A DNA stretch of 63,455 nucleotides, the filler included, from Dirinaria sp. TL-2023a (taxonomy: Eukaryota), in assembly GCA_051941275.1 (NCBI GenBank). It is 17 parts of 17 records of this genome, joined end to end, with 100 filler letters (N's around TTAATTAATTAA, not from the genome) between each part and the next. Parts side by side here need not be neighbours in the genome. Positions count along the whole stretch, not along the records: positions 44,988 to 48,613 come from JAVEBF010002003.1; positions 48,714 to 52,336 come from JAVEBF010002004.1; positions 52,437 to 56,046 come from JAVEBF010002005.1; positions 56,147 to 59,756 come from JAVEBF010002006.1; 13 more parts are not named here. The stretch is one strand, 5' to 3'. Of the stretch, positions 47,155 to 59,856 are shown piece by piece; within the stretch, counting starts at the first letter, position 1, and the number at the start of each line of letters is the position of its first letter. The notes beneath the pieces were generated by a model. The model was given only the letters and a program-made list of their open reading frames with translations. It was not told where the DNA came from and ran no database searches. The position numbers and the translations under genes were made by a program.

Positions 47155-48713
47155 CACAGTAGGGAAATGTGTGTTAGGAAGAGAACGCGCAGAGCCGCGA
47201 AGCCTGCAATACTAGATTGGCGTTCAGATGCTTGGGGAAAGTTTTTGATAGAGGTTCGGAAGTGGGAAAACGATGTGCCGAATGAAAGTGCGTCATTTCG
47301 CATATCCGAGGACCTTGAATTGAGATGCGCCAAAACACGTTATCATGACATGAGCAGCTTTGCCTTCTCACAATATCAAATATTCGAACTCGGGTCGCTT
47401 CAACTAGTCTCTCGCGATTTCGTTACAACTGGATTTCAATGTGTCAAAGCATTCGTGATAAGTTTTAGGTGATGAGTCTAGTTGTTCTACTATATGCTCA
47501 GTGATTTCATATCATCATTCTCTACGAGTCTTTGATAATGGTCACTGTCGCTTTTCTCACTTAAGCGTTTACGGAGTATCCAGAACGCTTTTTGGTTGAA
47601 CCATCTTTCCACTGCTCCAGGAACATAGGCTATGATCTACAAGAGAACGTCCCACAGCTCGCACATGCCTTGTCTGCATGCGCTTTTTTGACCCGTAACT
47701 TTGCAGGTGATCAGGACTCTATTTCGGAATGTAGTATTATGTTTTTTGCTTTCGCAAGCGGCAAACATGGAAAGGGTATGGAATATTTGATTTGGTGCAA
47801 GACTGATACAATGTCATGGGTCTTCGCAGGGAGACCATATTAGGGCCTTCTTGAAAGAGAGGCCGTGTTAACCTGAAAGCATTTCGACGACCGGAGCCTG
47901 ACTTCCTTCGAGCGCTGAGGCGTACGCACTTTAACGCCGCCTTTCTTCCTCGAGTGAAAACTGCTTGAGAGAAGCTCTGGCCCATAGGATTGGGCCTGGA
48001 CTGTATTGCCGACGTCTTGAGTGATACATTCAGACGTCTCTAAGAGGGTCTGTGTTCCTTCGACTGTCCCTCCATTCGCCTCTTTGGGTATAGAGGATGA
48101 AGGATGAGGCTAACGGGAACTGAAGAACTTTGTGCTCACGCCAAATTAGTGCAAATGATGGATCGCGGATTGTTGCATTAGCAAAATACGTAAAGTACTC
48201 TGTAAGGTGGGATACGGTGTTCTTGGCATGGTGGGGGTTGGTAAGAGACGACATTCTAGATAGTATTCACTATTGACTCCATTACCTTATCGATAACGCC
48301 ATCGCTCATGATTTATTAGTCTACCTTAGATAGACCGAGAGCATTTCAAGTCCACCTTCTTAGGACAACATTGCATATTTCGACTTCTGCTTCTCCAAAG
48401 CAGTGAAGGCTAAAGTAGTTTCCCCCGTCGCACCTGACCACATTCAACAAACCATCTTTTCTTCTTCGGATCCATCTTCTGCTTACTCAGACCTCCGTGG
48501 AGCTTAGCGATTACGAGTTGCAGAATGCCTCTCTATAATGTACGCCTCACGTTCCCTCGATATCCACGGTCCTTCTAACGACCTGCAGGTCACATTGAAG
48601 GATGGAGCCAGCCNNNNNNNNNNNNNNNNNNNNNNNNNNNNNNNNNNNNNNNNNNNNTTAATTAATTAANNNNNNNNNNNNNNNNNNNNNNNNNNNNNNN
48701 NNNNNNNNNNNNN

Positions 48714-49891
48714 GTCGGCAGGGCCAGAGATAAACGACGTGTGCGAGGCTTCCGACTGTGCATACTGTGATTTGGCTGCAAGGGTAGTGCCAATCCCAGA
48801 ATCATGGAATAGGGTCGGAGGTTGAAAAATAGAGCCTGCAATCGCTCCTTCTGCCTCTTTACTTCCGTCTTGTCTAAACGACCCTGCTGCATGTTCTATG
48901 CGCTTTCGTATGTTTATATGTCTTTGCCAGTTGGCTTCGCCCAGACGCTCGATCAAACGATTGTCGGCCTGTGGAAACTTGTCGCGCACCAATGAGATGT
49001 AGATACTTGCAGGACTTGAGGTATGGAACGGTTCGGTGATAAGCTTAGACTGCTTTTGAAGTCTCTCAGAGTGCGCCAGTGTCGATTCTAGCGTGGGCAC
49101 AAGGTCCAATGTCATCTGGACTCGAGACCTGAGGTCCTCTTCAAGGTTGAACATTTCACTTGTGGAGCTGTCTTCGTTCTCATCCTCCACATCTTCACTG
49201 TCACTGCCATAGGTGGCAAGTACATTTGACACAAAAGATGCAGACTGCTCTATCAGCGTTTCAAGCTCCTTCAGATCTTGTGTACGTGGATTATGAGATC
49301 CTGGTGCGTCATAACCGACTCGTGGTGCAAGATCTAGTAGGCTAACGTTAGATTTTGGGACAGTATTGACGCTTCCGATAATCTTCGACTTGGATCAAAT
49401 TTCTCAAGTTTACGCCCGTAACGTTGGCAATCAGTAGTCATGGACGGCTCAGCCATCCTTCTCACCTCGATGCTTAGGTAGAAGCAGAACACATAACACA
49501 GTAAATTGCACTCACTTCGAGCCAAAAGAATGCCAATGCCGGCCAAGATTTCCACGATATTTTCTCTAAGCTCATCTGCATTCTCAAGGATTCTGTCTAA
49601 TTTACCATTCTTGAAACTATCGCCAAACAAGGATAACCGTCCTAATTCGTTTTTTAACATCCTTGGGTTCACGGCCGAGTAAGATAGCCCAGGATCAGAT
49701 GCCTGGTAACAGATGCCTCGTAGGACCTGTACACAGCTAGCGTAAAGCCGGGCAGCTAGACAGCTATCGGCATCTTTGCTGACGACTGATTTAGTTTCTG
49801 CTTCCTGCTCTGCAGACGTATTGTATATCCAGTTATGGACATATGCCGTGTCAATCATCGAATCTTTACACTCCTTTGAGTTTGAATCCAT
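48714..49891 (-). CDS. Hypothetical fungal protein, intron-containing, 3'-partial
   Basis: Exon 1 ..LKNELGRLSLFGD..LDRILENADELRENIVEIL ends at a GTGAGT donor near 49515. The downstream exon reads YISLVRDKFPQADNRLIERLGEANWQRH..LFHDSGIGTT, a pattern I associate with fungal C2H2-bearing proteins. Confidence 0.7.
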
Positions 49892-50242
49892 GAGGTCGGA
49901 TCGTGGACCCGGCGATTATCCTCTAAATACGGAATGCCTTGAATGGCCAGTTCTTTCCTTGATTGACCTGCTAGTTCATGGAGATTGTGAAGTATCCTGC
50001 TCTCTGTATGCAAAGAAGTAGAGCCGGTGAGGTGGGTATCCCCATAAGCAGTACTGTACTGCGCCCATGCAGGCATTCGGCAAGGCATACTTGCGTCGGA
50101 GCCTCGCACAAGTCGAACGCCTCTCGGAGAATAGCAAGGCTTTGACTTGTGGAAACTTCCACATTCTTCGACCTTCATCAAATGAAGCAAATCTGCTATA
50201 CGTCCATGTCCGTTGATGGTGTGGAGACGAACAGAGTAGAAA

Positions 50243-52130
50243 ATGTCGGGGCTTGAGGTTGGCTTTGGGGTGCTCGGAATTCTGCCCCTCATCGTCTCGG
50301 CAGCAGAGCACTACAGCGATTGCTTCCGTCCCTTCAGCCGATATCGCAAATTCTCCGCCGAGATTGATCGTTTTCAACGGCAATTGAAAGTCCAGAAGAC
50401 AATATTTCGACACCATTGCCTTATTCTCCTCGAAAATGTCACCCTGCACGATGCCGCAGCATCGATGCTGGGCGACCGGAATCATCCTTTATGGGCAGAC
50501 CAGGAGATTGAGCGGCAGCTGGCTAGATACTTGGAAGATTTGAAAGAGACATGCATCGAGACTATTGAACTTATTCAAGAGAGACTTCAAGAAGTGGAGA
50601 AGAAAAGTCAGGGGTTTGGCGTTGTGCTAAAGGACGAACAAGAAGTGGGTTGCTATCCGCTGTTGCGGCAACAATTGATGTGCCTCAATCGAGACTGACG
50701 ATATTTGGTATGCAAAGAAACCCTCGATCGGCGGCAAGGCTTGGCGACACCTGGTGGCAGAGAAGATCAAATTCAGCTTCTCTAAGTCACAGTTGGATGA
50801 AGACCTCGTCGCCCTTAGGTCGCTCAATGACGATTTTCGGATTCTTACAAGCCAGACTGGAGCAAGCACCACAGAAAATCAAGGTTCACGAAGAGCCCCT
50901 CGGCAACTGAACAAGGATATCGAAAGATGTCAGGCCATCCGACTGGTATCTCAGCAAGTTTACAACGCATTGGGCCGGGCATGCACAAAGCACACAGAAC
51001 ATTTGGCCCATTTCAATTTGCATGTCGAGCAGAAAGAGGAAATCCAAAGCGGCCATAATTCTCAGATCAAGTTCAAAATAGCATTCAGCCACGTCAGTCT
51101 AGTTGGTTCTGGTTCGGGTGATCCGTTGTGGTTCATGGTTGATTCAATCCTTCATGGTTCAGGTGATAGCGGATCCACACAGGACACCGATGAGCTCGAC
51201 TTACTCGGCATCTCCTTGAAACGAGGATTTCAGCCCCAGACATCCTGCGCTCCAAAATCTTCAGCCAAGCGAGTTCGGTTTCAGAGGCAACTACCCGCCA
51301 CGCTACCGACACTTTCACCGCGCGATGCTTTGCCTTCTAATGACTTGCTGTCACCTCCAATAATGCGCAGAGATTTCTGTGACCATCTGCGCAGGTACAA
51401 TTGTAAAACTCGGACAAAAGAGAATACCTGTATAGGCATGCTGGAGGCCACAGAAATGTGCAAACACCTTGTCTACCCTTTACCGCCCATGTTCGATGGC
51501 ACAGACAAGCATGGACTTTCTCTGGAGGGGTTCTTGACGTCAATGTCGAGCAAGAAGGAGCCTTTCGTTTTCCCTCATTACGAGCGACTATGTCTGGCAA
51601 AGAATCTTGCTCTTGCTGTCTTGCAGTACTATGCTACGCCTTGGCTTAAGATCGCTTGGCGGAGTCAGGATATAGTATTCTTCCGTGAACAAAAGGAGAG
51701 TCTAATAGCATCAGCACCAAACCTCAGCGCTCCTCACCTGAATGTGAGGGTCATAGGGGCTGACGGACAAAATACTGATGGGATGCAACATTCACGCAAC
51801 CTCGCTCCGAATCCTATACTCTTTGGGCTGGGTGTCGTTCTTCTTGAGATCGCATACTCAGCTCCTTTGAAAAGCTTGCAGAAGCCATGTGATCTGGAGA
51901 ATGGTATTCAAAATCAGTTTAGTGAGTTTTTTACCGCACGAAGACTGGCGAGTTCCATTGGGCGCGAGATGGGCAGCTCCTACGGCACGATCGTCAAGAA
52001 GCTCCTCCAATGCGACTTCGGATGTGGTGATGACTTCAGCAGTCACGATCTGCAAGCAGGATACTATCGAGACGTTATATGCGAGCTGGGCAGGCTTGAG
52101 CAAGGCTTCCGCGATTTACAAATTGGTTAG
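50243..52130 (+). CDS. HeLo-like N-terminal helical domain plus kinase-like C-lobe protein; exons 50243-50644, 50718-52130
   Basis: N-terminus MSGLEVGFGVLGILPLIVSAAEHY. C-terminus RLCLAKNLALAVLQYYATPWL..WRSQDIVFF..LFGLGVVLLEIAY..MGSSYGTIVKKLLQCDF. The GTGGGT..CTGAC..AAG intron keeps the frame. Confidence 0.8.
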
Positions 52131-52442
52131 ATTCACAGCTTCCCCTTGACAAATCCGTTCAGTCTCAAACGCATGAAACTTGAAGGGCGACAGCGAATTT
52201 GAAGGAGGCTCAGAATTTACCAAAATGTTTGCTCTAAAGGTATTTCTTCCAGCTGTTATAAGAATCAAGGGAACCACTAGCGCCACACCAGTCTACTCTG
52301 ATGTCACACCACATTTACTTTGCTAACACACCACTCNNNNNNNNNNNNNNNNNNNNNNNNNNNNNNNNNNNNNNNNNNNNTTAATTAATTAANNNNNNNN
52401 NNNNNNNNNNNNNNNNNNNNNNNNNNNNNNNNNNNNCTGGCG

Positions 52443-54043
52443 ATGGGGCCCGCGATTCACCCTGACCGTCGCGGTGAGGTGGTCGCGGTGAGGTGGACGC
52501 GGTCGGCGCGACGCCGACAAGTGGACGAGGCACCATCGAGGCGCCTCCGAAGAGGACGATACCAGAATCGGGTGAAATACTAAATGAGGTCAATAAAATT
52601 GTGAGACTCTATGGGTCTAAGGAAACCAACGCCAGCGGAATGGTGCCGATAACTGAATTGTACAACCTGTTCGGCATGATTCGCGCAAAAACGCGTCAGA
52701 GCGAGGTCACAACTACTGCTTCGACGCAAAACGATAGCAGTGCGCTAGTAGCGAGACTCGAAAAGGTAACCACCAGACTCGAGAAAGCCGCACAAAAGAA
52801 GGAACAAGTGCATGAGAAGGACAGTTGGGCAAAAGTCGCGGCCATCAACACCGCGAACACACAAGGGACGACGCGCGCCAACATCACAGCAACACCACCG
52901 GAGCGTCAATTGAGCAGGGAATTGGAGATTGTAGCCTGGATCAAAGGAGACTCCGAAGTAGAAAGAGTACAAAAGATGAGTGCGGCAGAGGTGATCGCAT
53001 TAGCACAGGGACCCAACAACGGCGACACGCTGCCGGCACGAAAGAACATATTTGGGATCCGAAGATTCAAAGGCATGATAATCTTTCGAGTTGACTCGGA
53101 GACCACGAGGAAAACATTGGAATCAAGCGATCATTGGGTCAAGGACGTGTCCAAGACAGCCACGCTGCGTCAGGAGCGTGCAGGCGTGCTGGTACACGGA
53201 GTACACGTCAAGGGAATGCCAACAGATATGACAAAGGGCCCTAAAGTCATTGAAGAGGCTAGCGCGAAGATACACCCGGGGCTTAAAGTGGACAAGACAG
53301 AATGGCTCACAAGAAACGTTGACAAGAAGGACTACTCATCCTTGATCGTGTGGGTCACGAGTGCAGAGGTGGCAAATCGTTTGATTCAATGGGGCATAAC
53401 GATTGAATCCGATATTAAGACAGTGCAATACTATGACAGAGAGTGCAGAATGAAGCAGTGTTTGAAATGTCAAGGATACGGGCATCTAACCTATGCGTGC
53501 AAGAACGATCAACAATGCGCACACTGCGCACAGGATCACCGCACAGAGGCTTGCCCTAACACGAAGAAAGAGGACCACTGGAAATGCGGAGCATGCAAGG
53601 GCAAGCATAGGGCGTTTGATCCTAGATGTCCCAAAAGACAGACCGAAAAACAAAGAATCAAAAACGCCGAAAGAGTGAGACCGATATTACACGCGGTCCG
53701 CGCCAAGATGACGGGCAAATCAACTGCGAACTTTACCTTGGGAAGCATACCGACGCCGCCAGTAGTACTAGAGAAAGCAGGCAAGCGCAAAGTTCCACCG
53801 ACCGCAGGCCCGGGCAGACCATCAACGGCAAGTAAATTTCAGAACGCTCCAATAGCACCTGGAGACAGCGTGGCCACCAGACTTCTCAAGAAAAATCGAT
53901 CAAACGACTCAATTGGGAGCCAAACGACATTAACGAGTCAAGATGGCAAAAGCGACGATATGGACACGACGCAGGACTCGCCATCTACACGAGAAACGGA
54001 ACAAATTCTTACACAGAGCCCATTCACTAGCGAAGAACTATAA
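52443..54043 (+). CDS. LINE ORF1 (gag-like, three zinc knuckles), frameshifted near the start by a 14-bp duplication
   Basis: QCLKCQGYGHLTYAC, CAHCAQDHRTEAC and CGACKGKHRAFDPRC. ATG 52443 is in frame only if one copy of GTCGCGGTGAGGTG (52468-52481 / 52482-52495) is removed. Confidence 0.85.
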
Positions 54044-56046
54044 TGGAGACGCGCTCAGAGCTTCGAATACTACAGTACAATGTTCAAAAGTCGAGAAGCA
54101 AGGTAATGATAGCTCTACTACAGGAAGATAAAATCAAGGAATATGATATATTGGTGATCCAGGAGCCATGGCGCCACTGCGAGGGAGCGAAGACATATAA
54201 CCCGTGAAACTCCGGCTTCACGCTGGAGGACAACGGAGGAAGGACATGCTTTTACGTCAATAAGCGAATCGACAGCAACAGCTGGCACACGAAGTGGCAC
54301 TCCAAAGACGTGGGTACGATTACCTTACATCTACGTCCTGACGGGGAGAGAAGCGAGAGCGAGGTACTTCAAATTCATGGAATATACAATCCGCCCCCGA
54401 TCAGCCACAACGAGATAAATAACAAAGGAAGCCTACCGGAAGTAAAAGCAGCAATGAGCATGCACGGAGAAAGCATAGCAGTGGGAGACTTCAATCTACA
54501 TCACCCATCATGGGCCGGTCCATCCTATCCTAGACAACATCTCTTGGCGGACGACCTGCTAAATATCATGCAAGATGCCAGGGCCTCGTTGGCACTTCCC
54601 AAAGGCACCATAACGCGGGACTATCAAGGGGCTCAAACCACTATAGACTTGAGCTTCGTCACAGACGGTATTGCCAACAGGCTAATATATTGCGGAATAG
54701 ACGAGGAAGTGGAGAATGCATCTGATCATTTACCAATACGAACAGTACTTGATCTTCGAACACAAGAAGAACCCCCACGTCATCCTCGACGCAACTGGAA
54801 GAAAATGGATGTGGAAAAATTCGACAATGTATTGAGAAATCATCTACCAGAACCACTATCGGAAGCGTCGACGGGTCGTCAACGTATTGATGAGTACACC
54901 ATGGAAATACTAAATGCTCTGGATAAGGCAACAGAAGAGTCCACGCCGTGGGCCAAACCACACGATATAGCCAAAGCAGCATGGACAGATGAGTGCACTC
55001 AAGTGGTGAAAGAGACTAGACGCCTACGTCGTGGATGTCGCACTCCGGCAGATTGGGCAGCATACGTAAAGGCTTGCGATCGCAAGGGAAAGATATTGAG
55101 AAAACACAAACGAAACGAATTCCGCACAGCTATGCAGACCTCGGAAACGACTAGCAAGAAACTCTTCGATAATGCCAAATGGGCTCGAAACGCGGTAGCA
55201 GGCACATTGACTCAGGCGACTATCCCACCGCTAAGTCGAGGGGGAGAAATTGCCGTCACAGCGGCTGAAAAGGCAGAAGTTATGTTTCAAACACACTTTC
55301 CACCCCCGCCGACAGTAGCAATCGACGATATCGAAGGATTTATCTATCCGACACCCATAGAGGAAGGCGGCTCGATCACAGAACGAGAAGTGACGAGAGC
55401 AATATATAAGGCGGCACCGGACAAAGCTCCAGGAATCAACGGAGTTACGAACAGAGCGCTAAGACAACTGGTACGCGTTGCACCAACACAAGTGAAATCA
55501 CTATTTGAGAGGTGTATTCAAGAGGGAATTCAACCGGCGCACTTCAAGAGGGCTGCCACCATAGTGCTACGAAAGCCAGGCAAGGAAGACTATACGGATC
55601 CGTCAGCATATAGACCTATAGCTCTTCTAGACACTTTGGGCAAAGCGTTGGAGTCTATAATCTCGGAACGTCTACGCTACGCAGTCGAGAAGTGTGGCAT
55701 GTTACCGGACACGCAAATGGGTGCCAGAAAACAGCGATCGGTGGATACGGCTCTACAGCTCATAACCGAGAAAGTACACACGATATGGAGCGGAAACAAG
55801 AAGCGAGTAGCATCATTGTTGAGTCTGGACGTCTCCGGAGCGTTCGATAATGTATCACATGCCAGATTGTTACACAACATGCGTAAAAGAAAAGTACCGA
55901 CACGTTTGCTAGCATGGGTGGAAGACTTTTTAAAGGAACGTCGAACTACACTAACGATTGGCGGCTACACGCAAGTGGAGCGCGACGTAACAGTCGGTAT
56001 ACCTCAGGGATCGCCGCTCTCACCGGTACTCTATCTATTCTATAAC
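54043..56046 (+). pseudogene. LINE ORF2 (endonuclease + reverse transcriptase) with one premature stop, 3'-partial
   Basis: LRILQYNVQKS, DILVIQEPW, GDFNLHHPSW, SDHLPI, KAPGING, YRPIALLDTLGKALE, LDVSGAFDNV and GIPQGSPLSPVLY. In-frame TGA at 54205-54207. Confidence 0.93.
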
Positions 56047-56353
56047 NNNNNNNNNNNNNNNNNNNNNNNNNNNNNNNNNNNNNNNNNNNNTTAATTAATT
56101 AANNNNNNNNNNNNNNNNNNNNNNNNNNNNNNNNNNNNNNNNNNNNGAAAAAGGGAGAGAGTGAAACGAGTGAAACGAGTGTTAGCGGCACCATCGCCTA
56201 CTCGAATAAGTTTCTATATTTCGGTTCTCTATATTTGCATATCCATAATCCCCGCCCTCTTCCCCCCACCGGGCAAAAGCTACTTTACCACGCTCGCCCA
56301 AAAAAACAACTCCAGCTTGGTTGGTTGGTGTTGGTGTAGGCAATGTTGCAACC

Positions 56354-57379
56354 TCAAGGGATCAACGCCATACCGTGCGCACCCAGATGGTTGTTCTTCG
56401 CCGGATCAGGCGTGAGATCCACTTCCAAGGTCCGAACGACCGTCATGGAGACCAGATCCACGACCGTGACGGTCCCGCTGAAGATATTCGCCACAAACGC
56501 CGTCTTGCCATCCGCCGCCGCGCGGATCGTCAACGGCCCTTTCTCCACCGCCACCTCCCCCAGAAGCGCGTGCGTGCCCGCCTCGTACAGAGCCAGGCGC
56601 CCTGCTCCCGGCGCCGATGTCGCGGCATCGAAGCTGTACTTGCCCACCATGATCGTGTTGAGGGCGGTCACATAAACGGATTGAGGACCCAGGCCCGTCG
56701 GGAAGGAACCGATGATCTTGTCCGTCGCCGTGTCGATGACTTGGATGCTGGCGTTGGCGGGAGCAGGACCCATTGTTGTGCCCGGGGTGGGGAAGTAAGC
56801 GCGTTTCCCGTCGGGGGATATGCCGGGCTCTTCGCAGCTTGGGACGGGGATTTTGCCCACAAAGGATCCGCCTCCCGTGTGGTGGAGGTCGATGATTGAA
56901 ATGAACGGCTGCGTTTTGTTGCACGTGTACGCCTTGCGGCCGTCGGGCGTCATGACGAACCAGTGCGGTTTGGATTCGCTCGAGATTTTCTGGGTGATGG
57001 TGCGGGTTTGGCGATCGATCTCGATCAAGCCTCCGACTTTTCCTTTTTCCAATTCTTCGACGCTGACATAGAGCGTGTCTCGAGACTCGTCAAGGACGAG
57101 TCCGTGAGGGCCCAGGGCGGGGAAGGTGTCGATGGTGTCGACGCAGGTTTTTGTCGCGCCATCGATGACGCTGATTTCGTGGCCGTATTCGCCGTGAACC
57201 CAGAAATGCCCATGGCGATATGCGTGGCTAACGTAGAGGAGATTCCTCTTCGCGTCGAAGCAAAGCTCGTGCGGTTCGGCATGGAGATTGGGAAGATGCG
57301 CTGTTCGCTCGCCAGACGCGAGGTCGAAGAAGCTGAGGCTTTCCCCGCTCTGACTGACTACTGCTAAGGTGCCTTGCAT
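56354..57379 (-). CDS. YVTN/YncE-like beta-propeller protein, intronless
   Basis: Repeated blades: EPHELCFD, ISVIDGAT, GPHGLVLD, KPHWFVMTPDGRKAYTCN, ISPDGKRAY, IQVIDTATDKII and DGKTAFVANIFSGTVTVVDL. Confidence 0.88.
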   Translation of the reverse strand: MQGTLAVVSQSGESLSFFDLASGERTAHLPNLHAEPHELCFDAKRNLLYVSHAYRHGHFWVHGEYGHEISVIDGATKTCVDTIDTFPALGPHGLVLDESRDTLYVSVEELEKGKVGGLIEIDRQTRTITQKISSESKPHWFVMTPDGRKAYTCNKTQPFISIIDLHHTGGGSFVGKIPVPSCEEPGISPDGKRAYFPTPGTTMGPAPANASIQVIDTATDKIIGSFPTGLGPQSVYVTALNTIMVGKYSFDAATSAPGAGRLALYEAGTHALLGEVAVEKGPLTIRAAADGKTAFVANIFSGTVTVVDLVSMTVVRTLEVDLTPDPAKNNHLGAHGMALIP

Positions 57380-58583
57380 ATTGGAGGGGAGGGGCTGAGG
57401 CCTTGATGTTTATGTTCAAGAACAAATTTCGAATTGGAATATATTGGGAGAGTGATAGAGGAGATACATACACGTACTATGAGCTCGATTGAGACATTGA
57501 TAGAAGATAGTCGAGCAATTTGTACTTCGTTTCTAACGGCTTCAAAAAGATAAATATTGTTGCCTGCTTTAGTCGAGCTTGCCAACGCGCGTCGACTTCA
57601 TAGGAGAGTTGCGTAAGCATGTTGAACAGATGGCTCTCATTACAAAGTGAAGTGCCATTGAGAGAGCGAAGAGCGGAATTAACGACAAGACCGTACAGTA
57701 ACTCTTTCATGCAGCTCGGAGTTGCTTAATCCCGTCGTGTCCGCAGTCTCATACTCACGAACAATGCTTAGGACATGGAGGCAGGCAAAGACCCATAGTG
57801 TAATGATTTTTTGAGATTGTACATTGCTGAGAAGAATTGCAACGCGGTGTATCGTAGTTCGAGGCGTAAAGACGTTACCTTCAATTCTGATGAGACAGTC
57901 ACAAGTGTCAGGTCAAAGCAGCCACTATCGAAATTTCCAAATTGTTTGATGTCGATGCCACAGTCTTTCCGAGCATATCCGGAATGCAAGATACATGTAC
58001 ATCTGGTAAAGAGAAGAATCCTCGCTGAATTCTTAGTGGTTGGTGGTGATGAGGCATTTAGCAGATTGCCATAAATTAAAAAAATCCTACATTAGACCAA
58101 TGTTCGTCAAGTGTGCTGAGATCGAGAGTCCCCCTCGCGATCTTCCATTAGTAATGGTAGCTGGCATATATATTGATGCCTGAAAGCGTTGACGTGATAC
58201 TTCGGTAGCTGTGTAGACACATGTAGGCGAAGTGGCAGGAATATCGCTCGATCATTGTCGCTGGTCCTCAGATGACATTCGATATCGATCTGAAGACCAG
58301 CAGACTACAGATCTCAAGTCAATTGATAGGTTTCAAGCAGCTGGACGAAATCACTGGTTCATACTGTAATGTTGGAAGGCACGCTGAGGCAATTTGACCA
58401 GGAGTTCAAAAATTTATAACAGGACCACGTAAACGCAAATTTGATCCGTAGAGGACTAGGCCAGTCCGCATTTGCAACCGTGATGTCAGCCATTGACATC
58501 CGGACCTTAACTCATACGACTACTTCGAGGATAACTCACTGAATGCAATCAAACTTCCCAATCGGCCTCCAGATTTACGTATA

Positions 58584-59637
58584 ATGTCTTTCCTACGCAA
58601 TTGCCTTCGCCCGCTCCGAGCTCCCCCCGGTAGCCTGCGCCCGTTCTCAACCTCCATACCCCGCACACTCGCGGATGTACCCCCCAGGAACGATAATGCT
58701 CAGGAATGGGAAGACTCGCAAAAGGCGAAGACCAATGCGCCTCACATGACAAACACGAACTCGACCATCGCGAACGAGATGCCCAGTGTCGGTGCGGATA
58801 AGGCACCCCCGGAGCTCCTGACCTCCGTCGACCCGAACTTCGTGCCCAAGGACTCCGTGCCCGAGAACACGGAACGTATGACCGGCGGAACGCAGAAGGG
58901 CGGACCGGACAGCGGCGCCAATGCCGAGCTCGAGGTGGGGGAGATGGAGGGAGCGAAGTTCAAGGTGGAACCCTTGAGGCGGACGGGCGAGGATGGCAAT
59001 ACCATGCGCGCTAGGTTGTTATGTCCGTTTTTTCACAGCTTAACTTCAGATCACCTTCGGAGTGTTTTTAGAAGTTTCACCAGCTAACCCGGGCTCTTTT
59101 CCCCCTTTCTCGTAAACAGATCAGAGCCGGAAGAGGGGAACACTAGAAAGTGATCTCCTCCTATCGACCTTTGCCGACGCCAACCTCCCCACGATGACCG
59201 CCAAGCAGCTCGAGCAATACGATCTTTTCCTCGACGAAAACGACTGGGACATCTACTACTGGGCAACCCAGGAACCGTCATCGACATCTTTGGAAACGGC
59301 CGAGGGCGGCAATCCCGACAGCTCGACGCCCGTTGCCCAAGGGAAAGCGATGGACAAGTCCGAAAAAACGGACGAGTGGAGGAACGGCGCTCCCAGGAGC
59401 GGCGAGTGGGCGCAGACGGTCGGCGCCTTCAAGCCGTCGTATCGGCCCGTCCCTCAGAGGTGGAAGAACAGCGAGATCTTGTCCATGCTGAGGAAGCACG
59501 TCATCGATCGAAGTGCGGGTGGTGTTCATGAACAGCCAAAGGCAGGGGTCGGAGGGAGAGGGCTCGGTCAAAGTGTACGAGGTACAGGAGGCGGAGGATT
59601 GGGCCGCATGCCCCCCGTTCAGAATTTTGATGTTTAG
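58584..59637 (+). CDS. SDH5: Succinate dehydrogenase assembly factor 2; exons 58584-59022, 59120-59637
   Basis: Spliced [42 protein letters not shown]. Arg/Ser-rich mitochondrial presequence. Confidence 0.93.
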
Positions 59638-59856
59638 TGCAGACTACTCCGAGCCTGCTACCATTGGTAGAATTGGCTAGGAAAGCGAGAATAGCCAGCC
59701 CAATACCATTACACGCAGCCAAGAAATGAAATCGAAACCAATACACCTTACTGCATNNNNNNNNNNNNNNNNNNNNNNNNNNNNNNNNNNNNNNNNNNNN
59801 TTAATTAATTAANNNNNNNNNNNNNNNNNNNNNNNNNNNNNNNNNNNNNNNNNNNN

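Larger units (their letters stand above)
52437..56046 (+). mobile_element. Tad1-like non-LTR retrotransposon (LINE), truncated by the contig ends
   Basis: Gag-like ORF1 with Cys/His knuckles, followed by an APE endonuclease plus reverse transcriptase ORF2. Confidence 0.95.
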
